Below are positions 31,732-43,875 of a stretch of DNA of 64,000 bases, piece after piece. The DNA lies in the IMG/VR virus record IMGVR_UViG_3300014502_000006, positions 1-64,000 of that record; one strand, given 5' to 3'. Under the pieces are notes generated by a model, which was not told where the DNA came from, did not search any database, and saw only the letters and a list, made by a program, of their open reading frames with translations. The number at the start of each line of letters is the position of its first letter. Position 1 is the first letter of the stretch. The stretch comes from a virus. Position numbers and translations under genes: made by a program.

Positions 31732-33555
31732 CTAGGATACAGTAAACGCTGCCAAGAACGCTTCTTCATCAGTTCCTGTATTCCTGTCTTTCAATAGCTC
31801 TGTATCCATTAAGGACACGTAATAATTAAGATAACTGCACGAGGTATAACGGTCTTTTCTAGCCCCGGCAGGTTCAATCAAACGAACTAATCCATTCGCT
31901 AATGCCATTTCCAATGCAATCGATTCGTTTATCAGTAAGGTTGTTTGTAAATGTGCTTGCAGCAAATATGCTCTGATACCAGTATTATCTTGGTCTAAGA
32001 TATCTTTGTTGCCAGATTTTATCAAAAAGTCCTCCTCGGTATTATCATCAACTAAAAACGTCAATAATTTTTTCTTTAGCCTTTCCCTGAATTTAACTGC
32101 TATCATCGAGTTTAACTGTGCGGTAGCAGAGATTGGGAAGATACAACCCTTTGCTTCTTTCCCAAGAGTTCTGGCTATCAGTTCTTCATAAACCTTGTCG
32201 TCAACATTTTCGGAATTCATCGCCGTATAAGGCGGATACTCAATATTTCTTGTCTCATCCTTGGTTACAGATGAAAGCGCATCGAACACACTAATACCCG
32301 CATTTGCCAAGTCTAATACAAGAATATCTCCCTGAAACTCCTCATATATTTGTTTTATACGCAAAGCTTGTAAACTTGTATTTTTGCCATTATGGGATTC
32401 CATATAGCATATTTCTGTCATCCAACCTTTCCTGCTTGGGAATAATCTTCCGCAAGTTATAATCGTATTATCGTTCGTAGACCCGGCACGCATAGCCACG
32501 TCTACAGAAACAATACGCATTTCGTCTCCTGTTTTTGGTATATCGTAAGGGTTTTTTCTTGTGGTTATATACATCTCATCGGTTATTGGTCTCCAACTTC
32601 TTTTTATGGAACGATTGAACAAGCCAAGCTTATAAAAAGAATTTGTTGAAGAGCCATACGGGATATTGCCATATTCCATCAAGAAAGTAATTGGGTCGAG
32701 GTCTCTTTTCTCCTTTGCCATCTGCTTTTTGGTTTTTATGCCATGATGTAAAGATATCCAGTAATCAAAGAAAATTCCCTTGATATCCGGGTCATCGTTT
32801 GCCATCATCTTTATGAATTTCTTGGCTTCCGCCCACCATTCATAGGATTTATAATATACGCTCGAAATAATGATTTCCAAAGGTTCTTCCCGTAGCTCTT
32901 CTGTTTCCGCATATTCTGCCTTTTTCAGATATGGAGGTTGACGAGCAACCAAGAAAGGGCGTATGATTGAATCAATGATAACAGTTGGAATTAAACGCCT
33001 TTCCTCCAGCACGGTTACATGACTTCTGTGCCCACGTCCACCTTCACCCGATACCACCACGTTTATTTTTGAACCGTTTACAAAGGTCATTTCCCATTTG
33101 TTCTGGTTGGTGACAATGCTTACGGTTTCTCTTGCAATATTAGGGTGTTCGTTATGCAGACTGACACATTTTTCAGAGATAATTAAGCCAGCCTGTGCTT
33201 TTGTAGAAGAAGCCAAAGCCACGATTGTACCCGGATAAAGAATGCAACGCGCAATTGCATATACAGCGATAAGCCAACTTTTTGCACTGGCGCGAGACGC
33301 ATATCCAATAAATTCAGTAGAACGGGAAATAAGATTAATCCAAAAACGCTGATAAGGATATAGTTTTACATCCATGTAATGTTCCACAAAATAGCTAGGG
33401 TTTTTTCTGTAGAAAGTAATCCAAGATTTTAACCTGTCTATTTTCTGTCTGGTCATTCCCTTGTCTGTCACCATTTTAACAGGCTCGCCCTGTCTAGAAT
33501 AAGGTTTCATGTTTCTCAGAAAAGGGGAATCGGTTCTCTGTATTTTTTTTGGCAT
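31732..33555 (-). CDS. terL: Terminase large subunit
   Basis: LYPYQ, ASRASAKS (Walker A-like), GRGHR, VTVLEE (Walker B), VSVDVA and RKDRYT nuclease motifs. Confidence 0.9.
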   Translation of the reverse strand: MPKKIQRTDSPFLRNMKPYSRQGEPVKMVTDKGMTRQKIDRLKSWITFYRKNPSYFVEHYMDVKLYPYQRFWINLISRSTEFIGYASRASAKSWLIAVYAIARCILYPGTIVALASSTKAQAGLIISEKCVSLHNEHPNIARETVSIVTNQNKWEMTFVNGSKINVVVSGEGGRGHRSHVTVLEERRLIPTVIIDSIIRPFLVARQPPYLKKAEYAETEELREEPLEIIISSVYYKSYEWWAEAKKFIKMMANDDPDIKGIFFDYWISLHHGIKTKKQMAKEKRDLDPITFLMEYGNIPYGSSTNSFYKLGLFNRSIKRSWRPITDEMYITTRKNPYDIPKTGDEMRIVSVDVAMRAGSTNDNTIITCGRLFPSRKGWMTEICYMESHNGKNTSLQALRIKQIYEEFQGDILVLDLANAGISVFDALSSVTKDETRNIEYPPYTAMNSENVDDKVYEELIARTLGKEAKGCIFPISATAQLNSMIAVKFRERLKKKLLTFLVDDNTEEDFLIKSGNKDILDQDNTGIRAYLLQAHLQTTLLINESIALEMALANGLVRLIEPAGARKDRYTSCSYLNYYVSLMDTELLKDRNTGTDEEAFLAAFTVS

Positions 33556-33559
33556 GGCG

Positions 33560-34570
33560 TTATTCCTCGTCTACCGTTCCATCGTCAATGCCTTCAAATT
33601 TAGCGGTTTCCTCATCGGTTAATGCAAACTCGTCTTCGTCCTTATCTCCTTCTTCTACGTTAAAATCTTTACTGTTTGTGATAAAATTTTTTAAAGGTCT
33701 TACCACGTATTTTTGAAAATATTCTTCCACATTGCCTACATCTCTATACATATCTCCGCGCGGGTCGGTGGATAGCCATTGCGCTGGCTCTTCTTTTTCT
33801 ATATCCTCTATCCATAGCCCAAATGTTTCCAAGCCTTTATCGGCGTTGGCTGCATTAACAGCGTTTGGAGAGATAGCCAGATGTATCATTAACTCCTGCA
33901 ACTCTTTTACCAACTTGGAAGTATCGTTCGGTGGGGTGTTTGCCCTTGCAGATTTAATATCCAGCATGGTATAACATACCTGCTTGAGTAAAACAATTTC
34001 TGCATAGGTATCTGCTTTATGGGTTTGCTTGAAATTTGCATATTGCTGTTCCAAAAACTCAATATCGTCTCTTTTTAAATCCTTACCCCAAAATGTAACA
34101 ACATCCTGCGGAATAGGTATCTCTTTGGTATTGATTGCTTCGGTAGTGAAAATAGTACCTACATCTTCATAGGTCTGGTCTTCCATACCTTGTTTATCCA
34201 TGCTCTTTTTAGTAGCGGTCAATTTCATTTTAAAAATACTAAAGATGGCGTTGACTTTCTTTCCACTTTCCAGCAGAGTATTGATGTGAGCCTTTGTTGC
34301 AGAAACAGCCTCATTGGAAAATTGCACGTTCAAAGACGTGCATAGTTTATGTATCGTCTTTTCCATGCTGTTACTTTCTGCATACAATTTATCATACATC
34401 AATTGGATGCAATCTTTGCAAACGCTCATCAAACCGTTCGCATCAATAAAGCCAGCATCCACGCAATCATAGAATTCCGAAGCAGGGCGCATTTGCATAC
34501 ACTTTCTGCAATAGGATTCTTTGATAACAACACCTGTCTTGGTGGTTATTTCTTTCAATTCTCTTGGCAT
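33560..34570 (-). CDS. Zn-finger protein upstream of TerL (putative terminase small subunit)
   Basis: CRKC...EFY...CKDC; likely start MPRELK at 34570 with GGAGGG RBS (ORF track extends to 34648). Confidence 0.55.
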   Translation of the reverse strand: MPRELKEITTKTGVVIKESYCRKCMQMRPASEFYDCVDAGFIDANGLMSVCKDCIQLMYDKLYAESNSMEKTIHKLCTSLNVQFSNEAVSATKAHINTLLESGKKVNAIFSIFKMKLTATKKSMDKQGMEDQTYEDVGTIFTTEAINTKEIPIPQDVVTFWGKDLKRDDIEFLEQQYANFKQTHKADTYAEIVLLKQVCYTMLDIKSARANTPPNDTSKLVKELQELMIHLAISPNAVNAANADKGLETFGLWIEDIEKEEPAQWLSTDPRGDMYRDVGNVEEYFQKYVVRPLKNFITNSKDFNVEEGDKDEDEFALTDEETAKFEGIDDGTVDEE

Positions 34571-34607
34571 TTCGCCCTCCAGACAAACATAAAATCTGAA
34601 TTTTATT

Positions 34608-34649
34608 TGGTGCGGAAGGAATCGAACCTTCCTAAACAGCCAGTGCACC
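34608..34649 (-). ncRNA. tRNA-minihelix-like element (T-arm plus short acceptor-like stem ending in ACCA)
   Basis: GGTGC-12nt-GGAAGG-TTCGATT-CCTTCC-GCACC-A. Confidence 0.5.
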
Positions 34650-34660
34650 GGTTTTTATAA

Positions 34661-34927
34661 TTAACCCTGTGGGACTTCTGAAGCAGGGATGGGTTCAGGA
34701 GCAGGTGGAACAACTGGAGCAGGGGCAACTTTATCTATCTCAGCTTGTATTCCTGCTACTACTGTGGTGATTTGCTGTGCATTGACAGCAATAGCAGCCA
34801 AAAGTTTGCTCTCTATATCGTTGGCTAATTCTTCTATCTTGGCAGTAGCAAGATTACCCTGTACAACAAGGTCAGCCAGAGCCGCATTTACAATATCAAC
34901 ACTAACCATTTCTATTCTCCTTTCCAA
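34661..34927 (-). CDS. Small Ala/Pro-rich hypothetical protein
   Basis: Probable start MVSVD at 34909 behind AAGGAG. Confidence 0.55.
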   Translation of the reverse strand: MERRIEMVSVDIVNAALADLVVQGNLATAKIEELANDIESKLLAAIAVNAQQITTVVAGIQAEIDKVAPAPVVPPAPEPIPASEVPQG

Positions 34928-34931
34928 ATAC

Positions 34932-35675
34932 TTACTTTTTACTTTTAGGAAATAAGTTTGTTATAAAAGCTTCAATCAAACCACTACAGCTTCCGTTTAC
35001 GGGGCTTGGGTTTGGGCTTGGGTTTTCTAAAGGGAGTTCGACTGCGGTGACAGCTTCTCCTCCATTTCTAAGTAATAGAGTAAGGTCTGCTTCCGAAATA
35101 TAAGCCTTGCCGTTTATACCCCATCCGCCATCCCAAGAATTCTGAATGCCGTATAGATTGTTCTCGGTAACCTCGTTTATTAAATAAGCATGCCCACCTG
35201 CCACATCTCCTGTGGCGTGCACAATGTTATCCGCATCCGGGGTGAACATGTTATTTGTCCATGTCGTACCCATGATAACTGGGCCTTGAGTGAGCAACCA
35301 GTATTTTAGTTCTGCAACAGATGCAGCAAACGCATAAGCGTTCATTCTACCTGCGCTTTTTAGCACCTTTGCGATAGAGCGTACACTTGAACCGTTTTCT
35401 TGATTTGGTTCTCCATCAATTATTTTACATTTATAATAGAAATTATGCCCATCCTGATTAGTATAATTATCCTGCACAGGATTGCAGATACCCCAATCCG
35501 CACCGCTAAAGCCCACGCAGTGTGGGGTTTCTCCTTGGTTTAAAGGCTCAGCAAGAAAATCCCACTTCATGCTTTTAGGGACTGGAAGGTTATAATAATC
35601 CTTTGCCATAAACGCAGAGAGAGCCATATCTCTTGCATCGAACGCGGAAGGATTTCTACCAAGATAAAATTTCAT
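34932..35675 (-). CDS. Papain-like (C1) cysteine peptidase
   Basis: NQGETPHCVGF (Gln/Cys), GGHAY (His), QNSWDGGWG (Asn); likely start MKFYLG at 35675. Confidence 0.85.
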   Translation of the reverse strand: MKFYLGRNPSAFDARDMALSAFMAKDYYNLPVPKSMKWDFLAEPLNQGETPHCVGFSGADWGICNPVQDNYTNQDGHNFYYKCKIIDGEPNQENGSSVRSIAKVLKSAGRMNAYAFAASVAELKYWLLTQGPVIMGTTWTNNMFTPDADNIVHATGDVAGGHAYLINEVTENNLYGIQNSWDGGWGINGKAYISEADLTLLLRNGGEAVTAVELPLENPSPNPSPVNGSCSGLIEAFITNLFPKSKK

Positions 35676-35730
35676 ATGCTCTCCAATATATATGGGCGGG
35701 GGATTCACCCCGCCCATACTCTAATTGATA

Positions 35731-36375
35731 TTAACTAACAAAGTAAAGGTCTAGTTTTTTAACGCCGTTCATTGTACCGGCGACAGACCAAACACACAGG
35801 CTGAGCGTAGCACTAGCGGTAAACGAACCAGCATCATTTGTGCCATTGAAATCATGTGCAAGCAAAAGAGCAGCATCGTTTAGGGCAACCGGCAAGCCGA
35901 TTTTAACACCACGACCAAGGGATACCGTATCACCCGGAGCGCTTCTGGCAGGAAAATCAATGGAAGTAATTGTTGCGAAAGCCACAACACCATTTGTAGT
36001 GGTAGCATTCCCTTCAGCAATCGTATCGCTGACAACATTACCGGCATAATCCGTACCATGCACAACTACGTTGCCAACTTGGTTGGCGGACGTAGTGATG
36101 CTAACTGTTCTTGGTACATCCGGGCTGGTGATACCGGTGATAACACCGGGTTGTGCTAGTCCGGTCAAAGTAAGGGCTGCGTGTACAGAAACCAAATCGT
36201 CCACGAGAGGGGCAGTGGTATATTTTACCTCAGCAACCGCAGAAAAAATACCCGTAGAAGAAGATGGTGGAGTAATTCCACCCGTGAGAATTGTGCCAAG
36301 ACCACCGGCACGCTGTGAAGCAACGTTCATATGGTCTAAATCATAAATCATTTTCGCAGTTAAGGCTTTTGACAT
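35731..36375 (-). CDS. Virion structural protein, paralog B
   Basis: Near-identical N-terminus to 36393..37043; A/T/G-rich beta protein. Confidence 0.6.
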   Translation of the reverse strand: MSKALTAKMIYDLDHMNVASQRAGGLGTILTGGITPPSSSTGIFSAVAEVKYTTAPLVDDLVSVHAALTLTGLAQPGVITGITSPDVPRTVSITTSANQVGNVVVHGTDYAGNVVSDTIAEGNATTTNGVVAFATITSIDFPARSAPGDTVSLGRGVKIGLPVALNDAALLLAHDFNGTNDAGSFTASATLSLCVWSVAGTMNGVKKLDLYFVS

Positions 36376-36392
36376 TTTAAATTATCCTTATA

Positions 36393-37043
36393 TTAATTGA
36401 CAAAGTAAAGGTCAACTTTTTTAACGCCATCCATTGTTCCGCTGATAGCGCAGACGCATAGGCTGAGAGTTGCACTAGGAGTAAACGCACCGCCATCGGC
36501 TGCACCATCGAAATCATGTGCAAGCAGAAGTGCGGCATCTGCCAGAGCTACCGGCAAACCAATCTTAGCACCACGCCCAATAGAAACCGTATCTGTACCA
36601 GCATGCGTCTGTACAGGGAAGTCAATTGACGTAATCGTTGCGAAAGCAACCACACCCAAAACTTCTACAGCAGCATTCAAAGCAATCGTATCGCTGACAA
36701 CTGTGCCAGCATAATCTGTGCCGTGAATTACAACGTTACCGCCGATACCAGCCGCATTACCCTTGATGGTAACATTTCTTGGCACATCTGGCTGAATGAT
36801 ACCAGCGGTATAACCAGTCTGTGCAAGAGCAGTCAGCGGAATTGCTGCGAGTGTACCGGTTGCGCTTTTAACAGAAGGAGCGGTAGTATATTTTATACGT
36901 GAAACCGCAGAAAAAGTACCCGTAGATGAAGATGGCGGAGTAATTCCACCTGAGAGAATCGTACCGAGACCACCAGCACGCTGTGAAGCGACATTCATGT
37001 GGTCTAAATCATAAATCATTTTTGCAGTTAAAGCTTTTGACAT
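36393..37043 (-). CDS. Virion structural protein, paralog A
   Basis: Start MSKALTAK at 37043 with AAGGAGG RBS. Confidence 0.6.
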   Translation of the reverse strand: MSKALTAKMIYDLDHMNVASQRAGGLGTILSGGITPPSSSTGTFSAVSRIKYTTAPSVKSATGTLAAIPLTALAQTGYTAGIIQPDVPRNVTIKGNAAGIGGNVVIHGTDYAGTVVSDTIALNAAVEVLGVVAFATITSIDFPVQTHAGTDTVSIGRGAKIGLPVALADAALLLAHDFDGAADGGAFTPSATLSLCVCAISGTMDGVKKVDLYFVN

Positions 37044-37162
37044 TTTGTATCCTCCTTGATTGGATTGATTAAATTGTTCGTCAGGCAAGCATCGAAGTCT
37101 TGAGTGGCGAGATGAATGAAAAACATCGCATGTGTGCGATGGTATAACTTATAAAATTTTGC

Positions 37163-37495
37163 CTAACCCTCAGCGTCTACTTCTGCCCAATCAGTACCAG
37201 TCCATCTTTTTAATTTTTTTGAGGTGAACGTAGCTCCATCATAAACTTCTAGTTTTGCTTTTACCCAAGCAGTACCCGTCCATCTTTTTAAAATACCATA
37301 ATATGTAGTAAGTAGTTCGAAATTAACTCTATGAAAAGTTGGTAGGGTATAGGCGACTTCATCAAAATCTATCGCATCTAAAGATGGTTCACTATACGAA
37401 GATAGTATGGATTGATATGTGCTTATGTCTGGTTTGATATAGGCAGATGTAAGGGAAAAATTTACAGCATCAAGTGCGGGTTTATTGTATATCAT
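37163..37495 (-). CDS. Small fibre-associated protein
   Basis: C-terminal LKRWTG..W / LEVYDG..F / LKRWTG..W repeats. Confidence 0.55.
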   Translation of the reverse strand: MIYNKPALDAVNFSLTSAYIKPDISTYQSILSSYSEPSLDAIDFDEVAYTLPTFHRVNFELLTTYYGILKRWTGTAWVKAKLEVYDGATFTSKKLKRWTGTDWAEVDAEG

Positions 37496-37504
37496 ATTTT
37501 ACCT

Positions 37505-38293
37505 CTATTGAGATAAAAACGGGCTTCCGGGTGCAGTGTAATAAACACCTCCGGTTGTATACTGAACAAATGCCGCACCTACCTTGCCGGATACAATTGA
37601 TGAACTCCATGTTCCATCAGTTGGTGTTGTAATTACTTCAACAAGGATTGGATTGGTTAGTAAGTTGTCGTCTGCTTGAATCACAATAACTTTTGCACCT
37701 ACAACCGGAGAAGCGTTCAGTGTAACCGTACCGCTGATTGAAAATGTTGATAATGCCTCTTCTTCAAACATAACTTCAACAAAGTAGTTATTAGCTATAG
37801 CAGAATTACTTGTTCCTGCTGCCGCAATTACTTGAACCAGAATCTCATCACTTGGACGAAGTTTAAATTCCATACCTGCGTTGCCGACTATACCGGGCAA
37901 CAGATTTTTTCCAATATTAGGTCTCTGTTGTTCAACTGCTGTATGCATCCTGTTATCAAATTTTTCCCATATAGTAATTCCGGGGGTAGCAGTAATACGA
38001 GCCATTTCTAGTAATGCTGCCCTGAATACCACATTGGGGTCAGATGACTGTGTGGTATCAAATCCGGTTTTTTCCACAAGTTGTCCGCCGCTTATTGCTG
38101 TAGCCCTGCTTGCTCTTAACAAAGGGGTCACTACTGCAAGAACTACTGTATCATCTACTGAAATGTTTATTGAACGAATATTTACATTTACGCGCGATGC
38201 AGATTGGTTTTCAATAGAAAACAGGTTCTGAGTGACAGCATCGTTCCCCAAAATAACATGGGTTCTAGCCATCCCTCTATACGTTATGGTCAT
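37505..38293 (-). CDS. Structural protein; paralog of 38294..38827 plus a C-terminal beta-sandwich
   Basis: QNLFSIEN, RMHTAVEQ, VQVIAAAG; C-terminal ISGTVTLN..VGAKV. Confidence 0.55.
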   Translation of the reverse strand: MTITYRGMARTHVILGNDAVTQNLFSIENQSASRVNVNIRSINISVDDTVVLAVVTPLLRASRATAISGGQLVEKTGFDTTQSSDPNVVFRAALLEMARITATPGITIWEKFDNRMHTAVEQQRPNIGKNLLPGIVGNAGMEFKLRPSDEILVQVIAAAGTSNSAIANNYFVEVMFEEEALSTFSISGTVTLNASPVVGAKVIVIQADDNLLTNPILVEVITTPTDGTWSSSIVSGKVGAAFVQYTTGGVYYTAPGSPFLSQ

Positions 38294-38827
38294 TTACACC
38301 TCTTCCCAAGCACATGCCACAATATAATGGTTGGTTGCAGGGTTAGAACCACCTGCTGGAGCAACAACCTGAACCAGCATAGCTTGATTCTGACGAAGAA
38401 TAAAATCTTGTGTATCAACAATATAAGGCAATAACTCACTATCGGGCATGAGTATCTGTCCAACAGCGGTATGCACGCGCATCACGAACTGTTCCCATAT
38501 AGCATCACCTGCCGTGGCGGTAGGGCCGGAGTTTGCACCACCATCAGATGATGTTGAGCATCGGCAGATAGTATTGGCATTAGATGAATTGTTGGTGTCA
38601 AACTGAGCCTTGTTAAGAGTAGTACCACCAGTGGGTACGCCTGTTGCTCTTGACACACGATAAATAGGTGTAACGGTTGCAAGTGCAACTGTTTCATCTG
38701 CCATCACAATTAAACGCCTTATCTTTACCAAGTTCGACCCGTCTATGTTCTCAATTGAGAAAAGGTTTTGAGGCGTAGCTGCTGTACCTACCATACGCCA
38801 TGTAGCGACTGAAAAATATCCTGCCAT
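38294..38827 (-). CDS. Structural beta-rich protein
   Basis: QNLFSIEN, RVHTAVGQ, VQVVAPAG. Confidence 0.55.
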   Translation of the reverse strand: MAGYFSVATWRMVGTAATPQNLFSIENIDGSNLVKIRRLIVMADETVALATVTPIYRVSRATGVPTGGTTLNKAQFDTNNSSNANTICRCSTSSDGGANSGPTATAGDAIWEQFVMRVHTAVGQILMPDSELLPYIVDTQDFILRQNQAMLVQVVAPAGGSNPATNHYIVACAWEEV

Positions 38828-38839
38828 TTTTATCTCCTT

Positions 38840-39169
38840 TTAATTTGTATCAACCCATAGGTCTCCGGCAACAGCACCTATAGGGCTTACCGTATCAACC
38901 GTTATTGTTGTTAATCCATTTCCGGTTATACCTGGGCCGGTTACACCAGTATCTCCTATACCAGTCACACCAGTATCGCCAGCAACAGTAGAAGCTGCTC
39001 CGGTAACGCCCGTAGCACCTATACCGGTAACACCTGTAGCACCGGTAATTCCGCCCATGCCGGTTACACCGGTATCACCCGGATTACCCAAGCCGGTTAC
39101 TCCCTGTATTCCTTGGGAAACATATTTCCATGTAGCCGTCACCGGGTCATAATATTTTAATTGTGACAT
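38840..39169 (-). CDS. Short collagen-like fibre protein
   Basis: MSQLKYYD...WKYV, GXT repeats, ends GDLWVDTN. Confidence 0.7.
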   Translation of the reverse strand: MSQLKYYDPVTATWKYVSQGIQGVTGLGNPGDTGVTGMGGITGATGVTGIGATGVTGAASTVAGDTGVTGIGDTGVTGPGITGNGLTTITVDTVSPIGAVAGDLWVDTN

Positions 39170-39196
39170 GCGCTATGCTCCTTCTTGCTGATTAAT

Positions 39197-40045
<849 letters not shown>

Positions 40046-40058
40046 TTTCTGCCTCCTG

Positions 40059-40430
40059 CTATTTAACACGCAATACCAGTACACCCGCTAGAACAGTTTG
40101 AACATAACTGTCAGGTGCTGGTGTTGTCCAGTTCATATACCAACCATGCTTTGCCGGTAACAAGTTTATCAAATCATTTTCTGTTATTATTATATTCATC
40201 TGTCCTAGCGAATAATTGGTCACATCAACAGTAACTTCAATTTCGCTGCTGCCATCTTCAGGAATGACGTAGGCATTAAAAGTATAATCTGTTAAATCCA
40301 TATTAAAAACGTTATCCTGATAAGTATATTGCCATTCGATTGAAAAAACGAGGTCGTTGCCTTTGACCATTTCAATGTTTAATTCGCCCGGAACTTGAGT
40401 AACATAATTACTTACTGTCGAATTTGTCAT
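40059..40430 (-). CDS. BppU N-terminal-like adaptor
   Basis: LNIEMVKGNDLVF...DLTDYTF...VLAG.L.L; paralog of 59484..59804. Confidence 0.55.
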   Translation of the reverse strand: MTNSTVSNYVTQVPGELNIEMVKGNDLVFSIEWQYTYQDNVFNMDLTDYTFNAYVIPEDGSSEIEVTVDVTNYSLGQMNIIITENDLINLLPAKHGWYMNWTTPAPDSYVQTVLAGVLVLRVK

Positions 40431-40459
40431 ATATCGACCTCCTTTTTAAAATCATTATT

Positions 40460-41572
40460 TTATTTCAAACGTTCTATGCAAACCTCACAAACCTGCCATG
40501 TATCATATTTAGCATTATCTTCTGCAAAAGCAAGGTACAGGTTTTGCGCACCTGAGGTAACCGCTGTGCTTGCCGGGGTTAGAACTGTTATTTCCGCATT
40601 TGAATCCGTACCCTCTGCGGTGGTAATATGATTCTGGCAAACTCCTGTTGTCCAGATATGAGTAGTATCTACACCGGTTAGAATGAATTCAACAGCCCAA
40701 TATGTTGTTTGGGTTGTACTTGTTGCTATTGGTATAAAAAAATATGGCGATAATTGAGTAGCACCCCAAAAACATGCCATCTCAGCGTTTCTTGCACTAC
40801 TGCTAGAAGCTTGAAAGTTACCAATTGCTTTTACTCTCCAAACACTACCAGCAGCCGCCGTACTCGACAATACAGGCGATGGATTATTATAGCTGGTTGT
40901 TGACATGGTGTATGTCCAGTCAGCGGTTAAACCAACCGATATACCGAGATACACACCCATTGCACCGGTTTGCCCTGTTACCCCGGTTGCACCCGATGTG
41001 AGTCCGGTTACACCTATTCTTGTAGCACCGGTTATGCCTATTGCACCGGTCACACCTGTTTGACCCTTCAAACCGGTAACTCCTGTATTGCCTATTAGAT
41101 TTACACCTGTTATGCCGGTTAACCCCTGCGAGCCGGTTACTCCGGTTGCACCCGTAGTTCCGGTTGCACCGGGTTTTCCCAAACCGGTAACTCCAATCGC
41201 ACCGGTTACACCCGTGCTACCCACTTTTCCTGTTTGCCCGGTTATTTGTAAACCGGTAACGCCTGTTTTGCCCTGCAAACCGGTGACTCCTGTCGCACTA
41301 CCCTGTAAGCCGGTAACGCCGGTACTGGTTATTCCGGTAACACCCACCAAGCCAGTAACACCGGTATTGCCCCCTGCACCGGTTACTCCGGTTGCACCCG
41401 CACCGCCTAAACCTGTAATTCCCTGTAAGCCGGTAACTCCGGTATTAGTACCCGGTAAACCGGTTACGCCAATAGCGCTTCCTAAACCAGTTACACCGGT
41501 ATTACCTAATACTCCTACGGAAACATATTTCCAACTAGAAGTGCCAGCATCCCAAATTTTTAATTGTGACAT
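40460..41572 (-). CDS. Collagen-like fibre, paralog 3
   Basis: [21 protein letters not shown] stalk, ~160-aa tip ending IERLK. Confidence 0.75.
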   Translation of the reverse strand: MSQLKIWDAGTSSWKYVSVGVLGNTGVTGLGSAIGVTGLPGTNTGVTGLQGITGLGGAGATGVTGAGGNTGVTGLVGVTGITSTGVTGLQGSATGVTGLQGKTGVTGLQITGQTGKVGSTGVTGAIGVTGLGKPGATGTTGATGVTGSQGLTGITGVNLIGNTGVTGLKGQTGVTGAIGITGATRIGVTGLTSGATGVTGQTGAMGVYLGISVGLTADWTYTMSTTSYNNPSPVLSSTAAAGSVWRVKAIGNFQASSSSARNAEMACFWGATQLSPYFFIPIATSTTQTTYWAVEFILTGVDTTHIWTTGVCQNHITTAEGTDSNAEITVLTPASTAVTSGAQNLYLAFAEDNAKYDTWQVCEVCIERLK

Positions 41573-41584
41573 ATGGCTCTCCTT

Positions 41585-42715
<1,131 letters not shown>

Positions 42716-42730
42716 ATGCGCCTCTTTTCC

Positions 42731-43837
42731 TTATTCCAGACGTTCTATGGAAATTTGGTCAATAGTAAAAACATCGCCAGTACGCGGTAAAAACAAAAAT
42801 TGGAAATCAATAGTTTGTGCGCCACTGCTAACCGTAGTGCTGGCTGTTTGCATTAAAATTATCTCGCCAATAGTATCTGTACCATCTGGTTTTGCAAGAT
42901 GGTTGAAAAGGACTGCCTTAGTATATACGGTAGTCGTATCACCGCCGATTATATAATAATCGCACTCCCAACCCGCTGTGAAAGCACTGCCGGAGGCTGA
43001 TAGTGCCCCCGATATGGCAGGTAAGGCAGTTGCACCCCAAAACGCTTTCATATAAACAGTATTTGCTGATACCGAAGTTCCAGTTATAAGCTTGCCGTTT
43101 GCGCGAATTCTCCATGATGATGTTGCTGTTGCTGTTTGACTTGTTAAAGTAACGCCGCCAGTAATATAACTTGCACTGTTAATAGTTGCGGGGCTGAGTA
43201 AAGCACCGGAATATGACAGGAACGCCCCGGTTACGCCAGTTGCTCCAGCATTTCCTCCGAGACCAGTAACACCTGTTGCACCGCCAGCGTCGGTTTGTCC
43301 TGTTACTCCGGTTGCTCCGGTTGTGCCGGTTATTCCCTGCAAACCGGTGACTCCTGTACCGCCCAAGCCGGTTACTCCTGTAGCGCCTTTAACCCCGGTT
43401 ACTCCTGTAGCACTCGCTATACCGGTTACACCAGTGCTGCCAGCCAATCCTGTTACACCGGTGCTGTTACTTAATCCTGTTACCCCTGTAGCTCCTGTAA
43501 CACCTGTTGCCCCCACTAAGCCGGTTACACCTGTTAAACCAGTTAATCCGGTTACACCAGTATTGCCGGTTAAACCGGTAACCCCGGTAGCTCCTAGACC
43601 TGTAACTCCTGTATTACCTGCTAATCCGGTTACACCCTGCGTACCGGTTACACCAGTTGCACCCACGCTTCCACTATTTGCTCCAGTATAACCTTGTATA
43701 CCGGTTACACCAGTATTACCGTCCAAACCAGTAACTCCCGTATTTCCTGTACCTGCAACTCCTGTATTGCCGGGTGACCCTTGAGAGACGTATTTCCAAC
43801 TGGTATCGCCCAAATTATATGCTTTTAAGTTTGGCAT
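42731..43837 (-). CDS. Collagen-like fibre, paralog 1
   Basis: [21 protein letters not shown] stalk, tip ending IERLE. Confidence 0.75.
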   Translation of the reverse strand: MPNLKAYNLGDTSWKYVSQGSPGNTGVAGTGNTGVTGLDGNTGVTGIQGYTGANSGSVGATGVTGTQGVTGLAGNTGVTGLGATGVTGLTGNTGVTGLTGLTGVTGLVGATGVTGATGVTGLSNSTGVTGLAGSTGVTGIASATGVTGVKGATGVTGLGGTGVTGLQGITGTTGATGVTGQTDAGGATGVTGLGGNAGATGVTGAFLSYSGALLSPATINSASYITGGVTLTSQTATATSSWRIRANGKLITGTSVSANTVYMKAFWGATALPAISGALSASGSAFTAGWECDYYIIGGDTTTVYTKAVLFNHLAKPDGTDTIGEIILMQTASTTVSSGAQTIDFQFLFLPRTGDVFTIDQISIERLE

Positions 43838-43875
43838 GATACGTTTCTCCTTTCCAATAAAACTCTTCTTTTATG

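Noticed and set aside
10244-35720. GC hairpins at about 10247, 15236, 19460, 24484 and 35692 as novel ncRNAs
   Set aside because: Simple stems after stop codons of structural genes; best explained as weak terminators or mRNA stabilisers
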